This document shows positions 1-9,247 of a stretch of DNA of 64,000 nucleotides, piece by piece. The stretch is from Gammaproteobacteria bacterium (GTDB taxonomy: Bacteria; Pseudomonadota; Gammaproteobacteria; SZUA-229). Under the pieces are notes generated by a model. The model was not told the origin of the DNA, made no database searches, and saw only the letters and a list, made by a program, of their open reading frames with translations. Numbering within the stretch: the stretch's first letter is position 1; each line of letters begins with the position of its first letter. The position numbers and the translations under genes were made by a program. The stretch covers positions 72,027-136,026 of the forward strand of contig JAGXGK010000003.1 in NCBI GenBank assembly GCA_024636785.1, read 5' to 3'.

Positions 1-528
1 TTTATCTACGTAGCCTCTGCCGTGCTGTTATCGGCCTGCACTTCTCACGTTCCGCCGGAGATCAAACACTCGCTGGAGGGCGCACCCTCTCTGGCAGAAG
101 TTCGTGATCAACCCCAGGCCTACATGTCGCAAAAGGTACGTTGGGGTGGTGTCATTCTTGATCTTGAAAACCGGCAGGATACCAGCTGGCTGACCATCCT
201 CGCCTACCCGCTGAATGAGCAGGGGAAACCTCAGGTCTCCGATCACAGTTCCGGCCGATTTATCGCTGAAGCAAATGATTTTTTAGAGCCTTCAGTTTAC
301 AGTCATGATCGAAAAATTACCGTGATTGGTCGCCTTGTCAGAACCGAAACGGTCAAGGTGGGCGACTTCCCTTATGAATATCCGGTGGTTGAAATGTCGC
401 AGCGTTATCTATGGCCGACGGAGCAGGAAATATACGATTATAATTACCCACCCTACTGGTGGTATGATCCCTGGTATCAGCCCTACTACCCATGGCACTA
501 TCCCTATTATCCGCATTACTATCGTTGA
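1..528 (+). CDS. Slp-family outer-membrane lipoprotein; 5' end lies outside the window
   Basis: Frame 1 is open from base 1 (FIYVASAVLLSAC, a signal peptide tail with a lipobox Cys). The VRWGGVI...LAYPL...GRF core resembles Slp and is paralogous to the next gene. The C-terminal tail is unusually rich in Tyr/Pro/Trp. Confidence 0.75.
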   Translation, partial: FIYVASAVLLSACTSHVPPEIKHSLEGAPSLAEVRDQPQAYMSQKVRWGGVILDLENRQDTSWLTILAYPLNEQGKPQVSDHSSGRFIAEANDFLEPSVYSHDRKITVIGRLVRTETVKVGDFPYEYPVVEMSQRYLWPTEQEIYDYNYPPYWWYDPWYQPYYPWHYPYYPHYYR

Positions 529-542
529 AGCGGCGAAGGAGA

Positions 543-1043
543 ATGAACATGCAGCAGAAATTTCTATTATTTGCCCCGGTGGCTTTACTCATCACCCTGC
601 TCACAGGATGCGCGACTACGCCCGACTTCGATACCACTGGTGTCGATCGATCTCTCACCCCTCGTAGCGTTGTCGCCGAACCTGAAGTCAATCGCGGAAA
701 AACCGTGCTCTGGGGCGGCACCATTCTCAACACCAGCAATCTGGAGAACATGACGCAAATCGAGGTTCTGGCCTACCCGCTCGATTCATCGCAGCAGCCC
801 CTGCTGGAAGAACAACCACTGGGGCGGTTCATGGTTGAACACGAGGGCTTTCTTGAACCCGCCACCTTTGCTCAGGGCAGACTCATTACCGTCCTCGGCA
901 ACATCGGCGATACCCTGAGTGGCAAAGTCGGTAAAAGTTCGTACATTTATCCGATAGTGATTGCCCGACAACAGCACCTGTGGTCACTACACAATCCCAG
1001 CAGTCGAACCAACTTCAGTCTCGGCATCGGTGTTCGCCTGTAG
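543..1043 (+). CDS. Slp-family outer-membrane lipoprotein (second tandem paralog)
   Basis: MNMQQKFLLFAPVALLITLLTGC is a lipoprotein signal. VLWGGTI...LAYPL...GRF is shared with the upstream paralog. AAGGAG lies just upstream, so ATG 549 is an alternative start. Confidence 0.8.
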   Translation: MNMQQKFLLFAPVALLITLLTGCATTPDFDTTGVDRSLTPRSVVAEPEVNRGKTVLWGGTILNTSNLENMTQIEVLAYPLDSSQQPLLEEQPLGRFMVEHEGFLEPATFAQGRLITVLGNIGDTLSGKVGKSSYIYPIVIARQQHLWSLHNPSSRTNFSLGIGVRL

Positions 1044-1058
1044 AGAAGTGAAAAATAT

Positions 1059-1104
1059 AGTTGGCAGTTGGCAGTTGGCAGTTGGCAGTTGGCAGTTGGC
1101 AGTT
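1059..1104. repeat. Perfect heptanucleotide tandem repeat (AGTTGGC), about 6.5 copies
   Basis: Read directly: agttggc repeated head-to-tail. It sits in the gap between two convergent genes. Confidence 0.95.
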
Positions 1105-1210
1105 ATTAGTTAAAACCCTTAACTGCTTACTGACAAGTGATGATTATGTTTTCAGCATGCTCGTTCACAAATTACAAGTGCAATTTCAACGCCTTATAAT
1201 TACCTGCTAG

Positions 1211-1846
1211 TTATTTCACTACTTGAAAATCCTGTGGTGGCACGTATTGCATAACCTCTTTGGCCTCCTCAAAGATTGCTATATCCAGACCTATTTCCGG
1301 ATAGAGCCAGTGCGTTACACCTTCGCGCTGAATGCGCTGTTCCGGCTCGCCGAAGCGTGCCTTTATTATCTCTTCATCCAGATTCAGCGACGGGATAAAG
1401 GTGATGCCGTTAATTGCTTCTGCCAGCACCTGCGGCAGGTCATCCGGTGATGGTAGATATTTTACAGCCTTACCGCTCGCCATATATTCAGACTTTATAG
1501 CCTGCTCACGCCAGCGTTGGATATTTTCTTCACTGCTACTGGTCTGCAATATCAGCTTGCCCGAGAGTAAGCCTGCACGGTAATTGCCATAATACATTTC
1601 AAGATTTCCGACCTCATTAGTGCCGGCAACAATCGCCAGCTCCATATCGTGACCTAGAATATCCAGCGCATCCGATAACCGACTTGTCCCCAAATGCAAT
1701 TCAAACACACGCGTTGAGCCATCCGACATAACTTCAATCTGCCAGGGCAAACCCGTTAGTGGTGGTGCATTCTCAGATTCATCAAGAAACGGATATACCA
1801 GCAGCACCGCTGCCAGCAAGACGAATAATAATAGAAAAATTTTCAC
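1211..1846 (-). CDS. Hypothetical secreted or membrane-anchored protein
   Basis: 211-aa ORF with a hydrophobic N-terminus (MKIFLLLFVLLAAVLLVYPF). I do not recognise a family. Confidence 0.6.
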   Translation of the reverse strand: MKIFLLLFVLLAAVLLVYPFLDESENAPPLTGLPWQIEVMSDGSTRVFELHLGTSRLSDALDILGHDMELAIVAGTNEVGNLEMYYGNYRAGLLSGKLILQTSSSEENIQRWREQAIKSEYMASGKAVKYLPSPDDLPQVLAEAINGITFIPSLNLDEEIIKARFGEPEQRIQREGVTHWLYPEIGLDIAIFEEAKEVMQYVPPQDFQVVK

Positions 1847-1961
1847 TGAATTTAGGCTGCTCTCTGAAAGTAATTAGCGGGGACATCTGATTTTTGGATT
1901 ATAACGCGAACAAAATCCTTGTTGTGAATTGTTTGGTTTGATATTGGTAGATTGAAAGGCG

Positions 1962-2133
1962 TTCACCGCAGAGGCGCAGAGGGCGCAGAGAAAAAATAAA
2001 ATAATTGTTGGGTTGAATGCTTTTTATGAAACCCAACAGGTTCATCGATGTTGGGTTACGGCAAAAAACGCCTAACCCAACCTACCAACAATCTTTTCGC
2101 TTTTCTCTGCGCCCTCTGCGCCTCTGCGGTGAA
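1962..2133. repeat. Composite palindromic REP/MITE-like element with perfect 33-bp terminal inverted repeats
   Basis: ttcaccgcagaggcgcagagggcgcagagaaaa (1962-1994) is the exact reverse complement of 2101-2133. Inside are two gttgggtt/aacccaac hairpins. Confidence 0.9.
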
Positions 2134-2152
2134 TGCTCTTATAATCACCCAT

Positions 2153-2190
2153 AAAAAAGCCCGGCGGTTTTCACTGCCGGGCTTTTTCGA
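2153..2190 (-). terminator. Rho-independent terminator (bidirectional in shape) downstream of the OMP gene
   Basis: The agcccggc / gccgggct stem is flanked by an A-run on one side and a T-run on the other. Confidence 0.75.
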
Positions 2191-2235
2191 TTTAGCATTT
2201 CCGTTCAGGCGATGATGCTGCCTGTTGTTCAAGCT

Positions 2236-2955
2236 TTAGAAATGCAGGAACGCGCCTACCATCATGCCTTTGAATTCAAGGTCGGCATTGATTTTATCCA
2301 GACCTTTTAATTCAAGATTGGTGGTTTTCAAGCCCAGTTCAAAGCCGATCACACCCATTTCATACAGAGCGCGAATACGCAGATCGTTGTAGCTGGCGTC
2401 GGAGTAGCTGATGGTGTTGATGTCTGCGCCAACCGAGAGACCGGTGAGAGGCAGATCGAACTGAACAGCAGCATACAACATGGGAATGGTTTCAGAGACG
2501 GCGACGGTTTTAGTATCAACAGTAAAATCGGCATCCAGCTTACGCGCGGTAAAACCGAGATCGAAGTTCACCCAGTTATCCAGCAGGCGCCAGTACAGAA
2601 TGGCGTCGGTGTTATCGATGTTGATGGCCGAAGGGCCCTTTAAATTAGAAGTATTGTCAAAGGTTAAATTAGTCGCAGTGCCCGTATGACCCATGGTCGC
2701 TCTTTCAATGCGCACATTCGGCACCAGGGGCACGAAATGCTCAAACGCAGCGTAGACATAGCTGTCTTTCTCACCGCTGTATCTCAAATTTGATTCCATA
2801 TCAATTTGAGGATCACCGACCGTGCCAAAACTGCCCGATGGGTCATGATCCCAGACACCGCCGCCTACATACAGGCCCAATGCGTCCGCATTTGCATTAC
2901 TGGATAAGGCCGACAGGGCCAATATCGTTGATATTGTTATTTTACGCATGTTCAC
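2236..2955 (-). CDS. Outer-membrane beta-barrel protein (resembles the TIGR04219 family)
   Basis: Signal peptide ending ANA-DA, alternating beta-strand pattern, C-terminal ...GAFLHF. The GLYVGGGVW start of the mature protein is typical of this family, as I recall it. Confidence 0.75.
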   Translation of the reverse strand: MNMRKITISTILALSALSSNANADALGLYVGGGVWDHDPSGSFGTVGDPQIDMESNLRYSGEKDSYVYAAFEHFVPLVPNVRIERATMGHTGTATNLTFDNTSNLKGPSAINIDNTDAILYWRLLDNWVNFDLGFTARKLDADFTVDTKTVAVSETIPMLYAAVQFDLPLTGLSVGADINTISYSDASYNDLRIRALYEMGVIGFELGLKTTNLELKGLDKINADLEFKGMMVGAFLHF

Positions 2956-3085
2956 ATCTCCGGATAAATAATCAATAATAGTTTAGCAGACCCTGATAGA
3001 TCAATCTGTGAACTGCATTTAATTTTTAAATTAATACCTGAATCCGTGAATTGACAGCTGGAAATTCACTTATATCAGTGCGCGT

Positions 3086-4159
3086 CTACAATGTCGGATA
3101 ATCGGTATAACCTTTTTCGTCACCACCGTAAAACGTTGATTTATCACCTGTTGCCAGCTCGGCACCGGTTTTGAATCGCTCTACCAGATCAGGATTTGAG
3201 ATAAACAAGGTTCCAAAAGAGACCATATCCACCTCACCATTTTTCACCGCCTGATCGGCCCGCTCGAAATCATAGCCGCAATTCGCCATATACGGCCCGC
3301 TAAAACGCGATTTTATCTGCGCATAATCCAGCTCACGTTTGTCACTGCCCATATCACCTTCCAGCACGTGCAGATAGGCCGGATTAAAACCATTCAGCAT
3401 TTCGGTAACGGCGTTAAAGGTGTTCTGCGCATCGCTGTCGTGCATATCATTAAAGCTGTTTTCAGGAGAGATCCGCACGCCCACCTTGCGATTGCCGATT
3501 ACCGCACAGACTGCCTCAACCACTTCACGCAGTAAGCGCATCCGATTCTCGACACTGCCGCCGTATTCATCCTCGCGCTGGTTGCTGCCATCGCGCAGAA
3601 ACTGATCCAGCAGATAGCCATTAGCCGCGTGAATTTCCACGCCCTCAAATCCAGCCTGCATGGCTTTCCGTGCGGCGTTGACGTAATCCGCAATGATGCT
3701 TGCCAGCTCGTCTTTCTCCAGCGCACGCGGCTCGACAAATTCCTGCAAGCCCTCATAGGTGAAAGCCTCGCCTTCCGGCTTGATGGCGGAAGGTGCCACC
3801 GGCAACTGACCATCGGGCTGTAATGAAGGGTGAGAGATGCGCCCGACATGCCACAGCTGTAAAAAAATGTGTCCGTTTTTTTCGTGTACCGCGTCGGTCA
3901 CCCGCTTCCAGCCTGCCACCTGCTCATCACTGTGAATGCCCGGTGTCGCCGGATAACCCACGCCCTGCGGAGATATCTGTGTGGCTTCGGTGATTATCAT
4001 GCCTGCACCGGCGCGTTGCTGGTAATAGCTCGCGTTCATCCCAGTGGGGACATTACCTTCACCGGCACGATTGCGCGTCAATGGCGCCATAATAATTCGG
4101 TTAGGAAAAGTGTAATCACCCACCTCAATCGGATCGAACAAATCGTGTTGTGTAGTCAT
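3086..4159 (-). CDS. Old Yellow Enzyme family NADH:flavin oxidoreductase / alkene reductase (NemA-like)
   Basis: MTTQHDLFDPIEVGDYTFPNRIIMAPLTRNRA..., HAANGYLLDQFL and FGTLFISNPDL motifs. Start trimmed to ATG 4159 rather than the ORF-track start at 4213. Confidence 0.85.
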   Translation of the reverse strand: MTTQHDLFDPIEVGDYTFPNRIIMAPLTRNRAGEGNVPTGMNASYYQQRAGAGMIITEATQISPQGVGYPATPGIHSDEQVAGWKRVTDAVHEKNGHIFLQLWHVGRISHPSLQPDGQLPVAPSAIKPEGEAFTYEGLQEFVEPRALEKDELASIIADYVNAARKAMQAGFEGVEIHAANGYLLDQFLRDGSNQREDEYGGSVENRMRLLREVVEAVCAVIGNRKVGVRISPENSFNDMHDSDAQNTFNAVTEMLNGFNPAYLHVLEGDMGSDKRELDYAQIKSRFSGPYMANCGYDFERADQAVKNGEVDMVSFGTLFISNPDLVERFKTGAELATGDKSTFYGGDEKGYTDYPTL

Positions 4160-4371
4160 TGCTTTATACTCCCGAAAATATTTATCACAGTGTATGACTT
4201 CATGCAGCGACAATGCAAAGTTCTTTAGCCGTTAATGCATGAAGCATTTACTTTATAAAAATATAAAAAGTACGCAAAAATTTTACTCGAGAAAAAAGGG
4301 CTTGCACCCTTTTTTTAATTCATAAAACTTAAGCATGTTAACGCTTATCTGTTTTTATCAACGCTCTCGAT

Positions 4372-4396
4372 GGTAGTCGCGCCTGGCGCGACTACC
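4372..4396 (-). terminator. GC-rich perfect hairpin just downstream of the OMP gene; possible terminator lacking a U-tract
   Basis: ggtagtcgcgcc-t-ggcgcgactacc, a 12-bp perfect inverted repeat 7 nt after the stop at 4404. Confidence 0.35.
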
Positions 4397-4403
4397 GGTA
4401 AGA

Positions 4404-4910
4404 TTACTGCCGAAACACCAGATTAAGCTGAAGCGAGTCAATGTGATCGCGAGCCACATACTCAAGCCGTAAATCCATACTCTGACTCATTGCAAACCCA
4501 ATACCCACGCCTGCCATAAGGCCGTCATCATCACCAATATCCAGACCGAGGCGACCCAGTAAACTGATATTATTATTGTTTAAAGGTAACTCAGCCACTG
4601 CCGTACCCCACAGGCCGTTAGCTTTTGTTGTGGATGCAAAAGGCGTGCTTCGATCAAAATCACCGCTGTCCATATATCCCAGCTCTACTGATAATTTCAC
4701 GTTTTCTGTTTTAACGGGCAGCGGTATGCCTGCAAACACCTGGAACCCAACCGCATCATCATCATAATAATTATCATTAATATCGTTAAAACCAATCCCG
4801 CCGCCAAAATATATTTTGTTCGTATCCAGACTTTCCGCACTGACCTGCGTGGCGGCCAGCATTAAACCTACAACTATTACTATTTTATTCATTACGTTCA
4901 TCCTGTTCAA
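4404..4910 (-). CDS. Small outer-membrane beta-barrel (porin-family/OmpA-like barrel) protein
   Basis: Signal peptide ...ATQVSA-ES, IYFGGGIGF, alternating strands, C-terminal LNLVFRQ. Confidence 0.7.
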   Translation of the reverse strand: MNRMNVMNKIVIVVGLMLAATQVSAESLDTNKIYFGGGIGFNDINDNYYDDDAVGFQVFAGIPLPVKTENVKLSVELGYMDSGDFDRSTPFASTTKANGLWGTAVAELPLNNNNISLLGRLGLDIGDDDGLMAGVGIGFAMSQSMDLRLEYVARDHIDSLQLNLVFRQ

Positions 4911-5197
4911 AATTTAAATTGTCGCATTTCTGCTGATCATCGGGCGTTATCTATTTCATCGGATTAATTGTACCGGCCGGACGCATAGAGTACACCCTTT
5001 CCCAGGCATGGGTATCACTAAATTCAAGCCTCACTTAATCAAAATAATCGGAACATGCATGCTTCGTGATTGCTCAGCGTCTATCATCGTACAAATTTTA
5101 TCCGGAATTGGTATTATATCCACTCGCAGAATTTTGATTACCAACCGCTGGTATTGACCTGCGTAATTAACCCAAAAAAATTCCGGAGTTATTAGCC

Positions 5198-5515
5198 ATG
5201 AAACTGAACTATTACGCCTTGTGCTTCGCTATCGCCATTCTGCCGGCCTGCACCTGGATCGAACCCACCAAGGAAGCCCAACAGGTCACACTGGTAAAAT
5301 CCTTCAATGTTAAGGACTGCCTGAAACTGGGCACAACTGTAGCGGCCGTTACCTATAAAGTGGGCATTATTACCCGTGAAGATGACGCGGTTACCAAGGA
5401 TCTGATCATTGCTGCAAAAAACCGGGCTGCCGAACTGGGTGGTGATTCCATCGTCGCCAAAGGCCCGGCCAAAGAAGGCAAAATGAGCTTTGATATTTAC
5501 AAATGTGGCGAGTAA
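5198..5515 (+). CDS. DUF4156-like lipoprotein
   Basis: Lipobox ILPAC. The C-x..LG...AAELGGDSIV...YKC pattern is typical of DUF4156, as I recall it. Confidence 0.7.
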   Translation: MKLNYYALCFAIAILPACTWIEPTKEAQQVTLVKSFNVKDCLKLGTTVAAVTYKVGIITREDDAVTKDLIIAAKNRAAELGGDSIVAKGPAKEGKMSFDIYKCGE

Positions 5516-5553
5516 TTACAGTCGATCATTAAATTTCAACTGCGATACCTCGT

Positions 5554-6285
5554 TTACTTCTTCTTAGCCGGAGCCAGATAGGACTTGATTGGAGAAGAGG
5601 CAATGTCGTTTCCAGCCTGCAGGCCGATATAAACGAGTGCGCGAGTCGGACTGGGGCCGAAACCCGGTGAGCGTGCAACTATATTTATTTTCAGCGGCCG
5701 GCGTCCCGCCATTATTTTTATTTCTTTCTGCTGTGTCGCCAGGCTGTCGGTAAAGGGCAGCTTGAGCACATCTTCCCCGCCTATGGAAATCTCAACGGCG
5801 ATCTCGACATTGCCCGCGCCGCCGACCTCGCGCGGTGGCGTAGGCTTAATGACCAGCTGATAGAGGCCGCTCTGCGTTATCATCAATTCGCCTTCGATGG
5901 AAACCGCCGCAACCGGGTAGCGCGAGGGATCGGAACGCTCATCAAAAAAACCGCTGTATCTGTATCCGTAGTCCTCGGGATTCAGTTTAATAACCGGCCC
6001 CAGTGTCATCCGGCCTTCCCGTAACGGGACTTCGGCATCCGACTCGAAATCTGAATTTTGTGACAGCCAGTAACGGCTGGAAACGGTAGCGACTGTTATT
6101 ATTTCCGGGCCGGCGGTAGCGGCTGCTTGCACGTCTTCAGACAACTGTGATTTATTAGCCAGCCCGGCATTTTTTTCCAGGCGTTCGATACGCTGTTTCA
6201 GCTGTTCGATGCTTTCCCATAACCGCTGATCATCCTGGGCCATAACAGATGTTGAGAACATCAGCAAAAGTACAATACGCAGCAT
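5554..6285 (-). CDS. Hypothetical secreted protein with an N-terminal coiled-coil, coupled to the response regulator
   Basis: Start MLRIVLLLMFSTSVMAQDD at 6285 shares one base with the upstream stop (TAATG). I do not recognise a family. Confidence 0.6.
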   Translation of the reverse strand: MLRIVLLLMFSTSVMAQDDQRLWESIEQLKQRIERLEKNAGLANKSQLSEDVQAAATAGPEIITVATVSSRYWLSQNSDFESDAEVPLREGRMTLGPVIKLNPEDYGYRYSGFFDERSDPSRYPVAAVSIEGELMITQSGLYQLVIKPTPPREVGGAGNVEIAVEISIGGEDVLKLPFTDSLATQQKEIKIMAGRRPLKINIVARSPGFGPSPTRALVYIGLQAGNDIASSPIKSYLAPAKKK

Positions 6286-7694
6286 TATCGCTCCTCGATT
6301 TTGTAACGTTTCATTTTGCGCCACAGCGTCGACTTATCAATGCCGAGGATTTCTGCTGCCAGGGTCCGGTCACTGCCCTGTTCGCGCAGTGTTTTACGAA
6401 TAAAGTAGGCTTCAATTTCTTCCAGACTTTGCGGCGCGACAAAATCCAGCGCGCGCAATTGCGAACCGTCATCTTCAGCCAGCTCAGCCGGTAACGCCTC
6501 TTCATTGACCCGATTACCCGTTGCCATGATGGTCATGCTCAGCACCACATTTTCCAGCTCACGCACATTCCCCGGCCAGTCATGCCGCATCAATACGCCC
6601 AGCACTTTGGTGGACATGCCATTCAGTGATTTACCCAGGCGGGTGGAGTGACGACTGAGAAAAAAGTTGGCCAGCAGGGGGATATCCTGACGACGCTCAC
6701 GCAGAGCAGGCAGTGCAATATCGATAACCTTCAGTCGGTAGAAAAGATCCTGACGAAACTCTTCGCTCTTTATCATTTCCGGCAGATTGCGGTTACTCGC
6801 GGTAATCACCCGCAAATCGACCTGCTGCGCTTCGGTATCACCAATTCGGTAGTAACTGCCGTCCTGCAAAACCCGCAACAGTTTGGCCTGCAATGAAAGC
6901 GAAGCGTTGTTGATTTCATCCAGAAACAGGGTGCCGCCATTGGCCTGTTCAAGCAGGCCCGCCTTGTTTCGGTCCGCACCGGTGAAAGCGCCTTTCATGT
7001 AACCGAACAGTTCACTCTCGATAATGTTTTCCGGAATAGCTGCACAGTTGACGGCAATAAAAGATTTATCACGGCGATCGCTGAGAGAATAAATGCGTCT
7101 GGCGACCAGCTCTTTGCCACAGCCACTCTCGCCGGAAATAAGCACATTGCAATCATAAGCGGCTGCGGCTTCTATCAGTTTTTCTACTTTCGCCATGGCC
7201 AGCGACTGGCCATACAGCAACCGATATTTTTCATATGATTCAACATTGTCGCGTGAACGTAGTTGCTCGTTTTCGGTGCTGAGCTGATAGTATGCCAGCG
7301 CACGCCCCACGGTATGCAACAGCTCATCATTATCAAAGGGTTTGCGAATATAGTCGAACGCACCTGCTTTTAAAGCTTTGACTGCCGACTCCACGGTGCC
7401 ATGTCCGGTCACCATCACTACCTGTGTGCGCGGATTGGCATGGCGTGCAAAATTGAGGATATCGATACCATCAACAAAAGGCATTTTCAGATCGGTCACC
7501 ACTACCGCAACCTCTGTACCGGACTCGATCAAATCCAGCGCATGCTGGGGACTGTCCGCCGCAATCACTTCGGCATCAAGTTTGCCGATAACAGTAGCGA
7601 CAAGCTCACGCATCCGGTCATCATCCTCGGCAATAATGATCCGTGGTAACTCATCGCGGCTCGTATCAATTACGGCTTTCACTGAGTTACTCAT
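6285..7694 (-). CDS. Sigma54-dependent response regulator (NtrC/Fis family: REC + AAA+ + HTH)
   Basis: Receiver domain (IIIAEDDD...TDLKMP), Walker A GESGCGKE, GAFTGA loop, C-terminal Fis-type HTH. Confidence 0.9.
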   Translation of the reverse strand: MSNSVKAVIDTSRDELPRIIIAEDDDRMRELVATVIGKLDAEVIAADSPQHALDLIESGTEVAVVVTDLKMPFVDGIDILNFARHANPRTQVVMVTGHGTVESAVKALKAGAFDYIRKPFDNDELLHTVGRALAYYQLSTENEQLRSRDNVESYEKYRLLYGQSLAMAKVEKLIEAAAAYDCNVLISGESGCGKELVARRIYSLSDRRDKSFIAVNCAAIPENIIESELFGYMKGAFTGADRNKAGLLEQANGGTLFLDEINNASLSLQAKLLRVLQDGSYYRIGDTEAQQVDLRVITASNRNLPEMIKSEEFRQDLFYRLKVIDIALPALRERRQDIPLLANFFLSRHSTRLGKSLNGMSTKVLGVLMRHDWPGNVRELENVVLSMTIMATGNRVNEEALPAELAEDDGSQLRALDFVAPQSLEEIEAYFIRKTLREQGSDRTLAAEILGIDKSTLWRKMKRYKIEER

Positions 7695-9109
7695 TAATTT
7701 TTTACTCCTCGTAATTTCATAATAAATCGAGCGCCTTCTTTGTAGGTGCTATCCAGATCAAGCGATGCACCGCGCCGTCGCAGCATGGCCTGACTGATGG
7801 ACAGGCCCAGGCCGGTGCCTTCTCCGGCTTCTTTAGAGGTAAAGAAAGGCTCGAAGATACGGCGACGATCCTCAGCAGGAATTCCCGGGCCATTATCTTC
7901 AACCGCAAGCTCTACCCCGCGTGCACCAACACTGCGGGTGGTGATGTGAATCACACCATCCTGCCGCTCCTCAAGTGCGTGCAGTGCATTGAGCAGCAGG
8001 TTGGACAGAGCAATGTCGAGCTCGCCGCAGGGCATCTCTACAGCGGGCAGATTATCATCCAGATTGAGATGAATTTTTGTCGACTGGCGCTTCAACATGC
8101 AGGAGAGAAAAGTATCGACCAGATCCTGGATCAGCACATTAACATCACACTCCTCATCGGTACAGCTATCGCGGCGGGCGTAGCTGAGCAGGTCGTTGAC
8201 AATACGTGAACAGCGCCGGGCTTCATCAGCAATAAAATGCGAGTAACGTAATTTTTTTTCTTCATCAACATCCTCGCTGTTAAACAGCTGTGAGTAGCCC
8301 AGGATATTTCCCAGCGGTGTATTCAACTCATGCGCAATACCAGCGGCCAGCTGTCCCATCGCTACCAGTTTTTCCCTGTTATAGACGGAGTCGAGCAGCT
8401 GCTGATAATCAGTGATGTCCTGCAACGTTATTACCGCATCGACTTCGGCTTCATCTTTAGAATAAAAAGCGATATTGATTGAGATATAACGCTCCGACTC
8501 AGCGACCATGGTATGAATAACGTAATTCTCCACCGGCTGCTTATAGAGAAAGGCATCGCGTAGAGTATCGCTGTCGTGCGGTTCCAGATTGAACACATCA
8601 AACAGCATCTCGCCCAGCAATAAATCAGACTCCCGCTTGAACAATTCGACCGCCTGAGGGTTGGTATTAACCACTATAAGATCATCATCCACCGCTAACA
8701 GGGCACCCGGCATACTGCCGAGCAGGGCATCCATCTTATTGCGTTCGGTCACCACCCGATTCTGACATTCCTCCACCATGGTGAACATGGTGCTGAGGTT
8801 TTTCATCATGGTGTTGTAGTCATGTACCAATTTTTGCGAGAGCGAATCTCCATAATTGATGTCGACCAGATGGGTGAGCGCACCTTCATGCGCATCGAGC
8901 ACGGCTTCGTGCATCAGCGCCATAGTTCTACGATGCAGATACAGCATTGCCATGGCAAGCAGCAGCAGGGCTTCCAGCAAAAGCAGGCCTACGCTTTGAT
9001 ATGTCCATGAAAAATCGTTTTGCTGGATAAAAAAGATGGCAGTTGCGCAGGGAGCTGCAACAGCCATCAACAGGAGTATTTTTAGAAGTGCGTCAAACAG
9101 ATAAACCAT
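7694..9109 (-). CDS. Sensor histidine kinase (2 TM segments, PAS-like domain, HisKA, HATPase)
   Basis: H-box [12 protein letters not shown], and N/G boxes ([22 protein letters not shown]). Its stop overlaps the regulator start at 7694. Confidence 0.9.
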   Translation of the reverse strand: MVYLFDALLKILLLMAVAAPCATAIFFIQQNDFSWTYQSVGLLLLEALLLLAMAMLYLHRRTMALMHEAVLDAHEGALTHLVDINYGDSLSQKLVHDYNTMMKNLSTMFTMVEECQNRVVTERNKMDALLGSMPGALLAVDDDLIVVNTNPQAVELFKRESDLLLGEMLFDVFNLEPHDSDTLRDAFLYKQPVENYVIHTMVAESERYISINIAFYSKDEAEVDAVITLQDITDYQQLLDSVYNREKLVAMGQLAAGIAHELNTPLGNILGYSQLFNSEDVDEEKKLRYSHFIADEARRCSRIVNDLLSYARRDSCTDEECDVNVLIQDLVDTFLSCMLKRQSTKIHLNLDDNLPAVEMPCGELDIALSNLLLNALHALEERQDGVIHITTRSVGARGVELAVEDNGPGIPAEDRRRIFEPFFTSKEAGEGTGLGLSISQAMLRRRGASLDLDSTYKEGARFIMKLRGVKN

Positions 9110-9247
9110 TATTTATTTATAACGACCAATTTTCGACTGATTAAAAGGACAGTTCACCATTACGACCGTGATCCTGTCCCTGATTGTCGATGGAGCTGAG
9201 AGTATACGCCCACCATGGGCGTGCATATACTCCCGGTAGGACCATTC

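Noticed and set aside
1059-1104. The tandem repeat as a possible CRISPR array.
   Set aside because: It has 7-nt units with no spacers, so it is a microsatellite. No repeat-spacer architecture or cas genes occur anywhere in the window.
1238-1251. TGGCACGTATTGCA, which looks like a sigma54 -24/-12 promoter on the plus strand.
   Set aside because: Only 3 nt separate TGGCAC from TTGC where 5 are needed. It also lies inside the 3' end of a minus-strand gene, with no downstream plus-strand gene.
4160-4213. N-terminal extensions offered by the ORF track for the OYE reductase. The same applies to hldE (51046-51153), the AKR (48417-48476), the LegB-like gene (57850-57879) and the NTase (22470-22640).
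   Set aside because: The internal ATGs reproduce the canonical family N-termini and sit behind SD-like sequences or at coupled stop/start overlaps. The extensions overlap upstream genes or lack homology.
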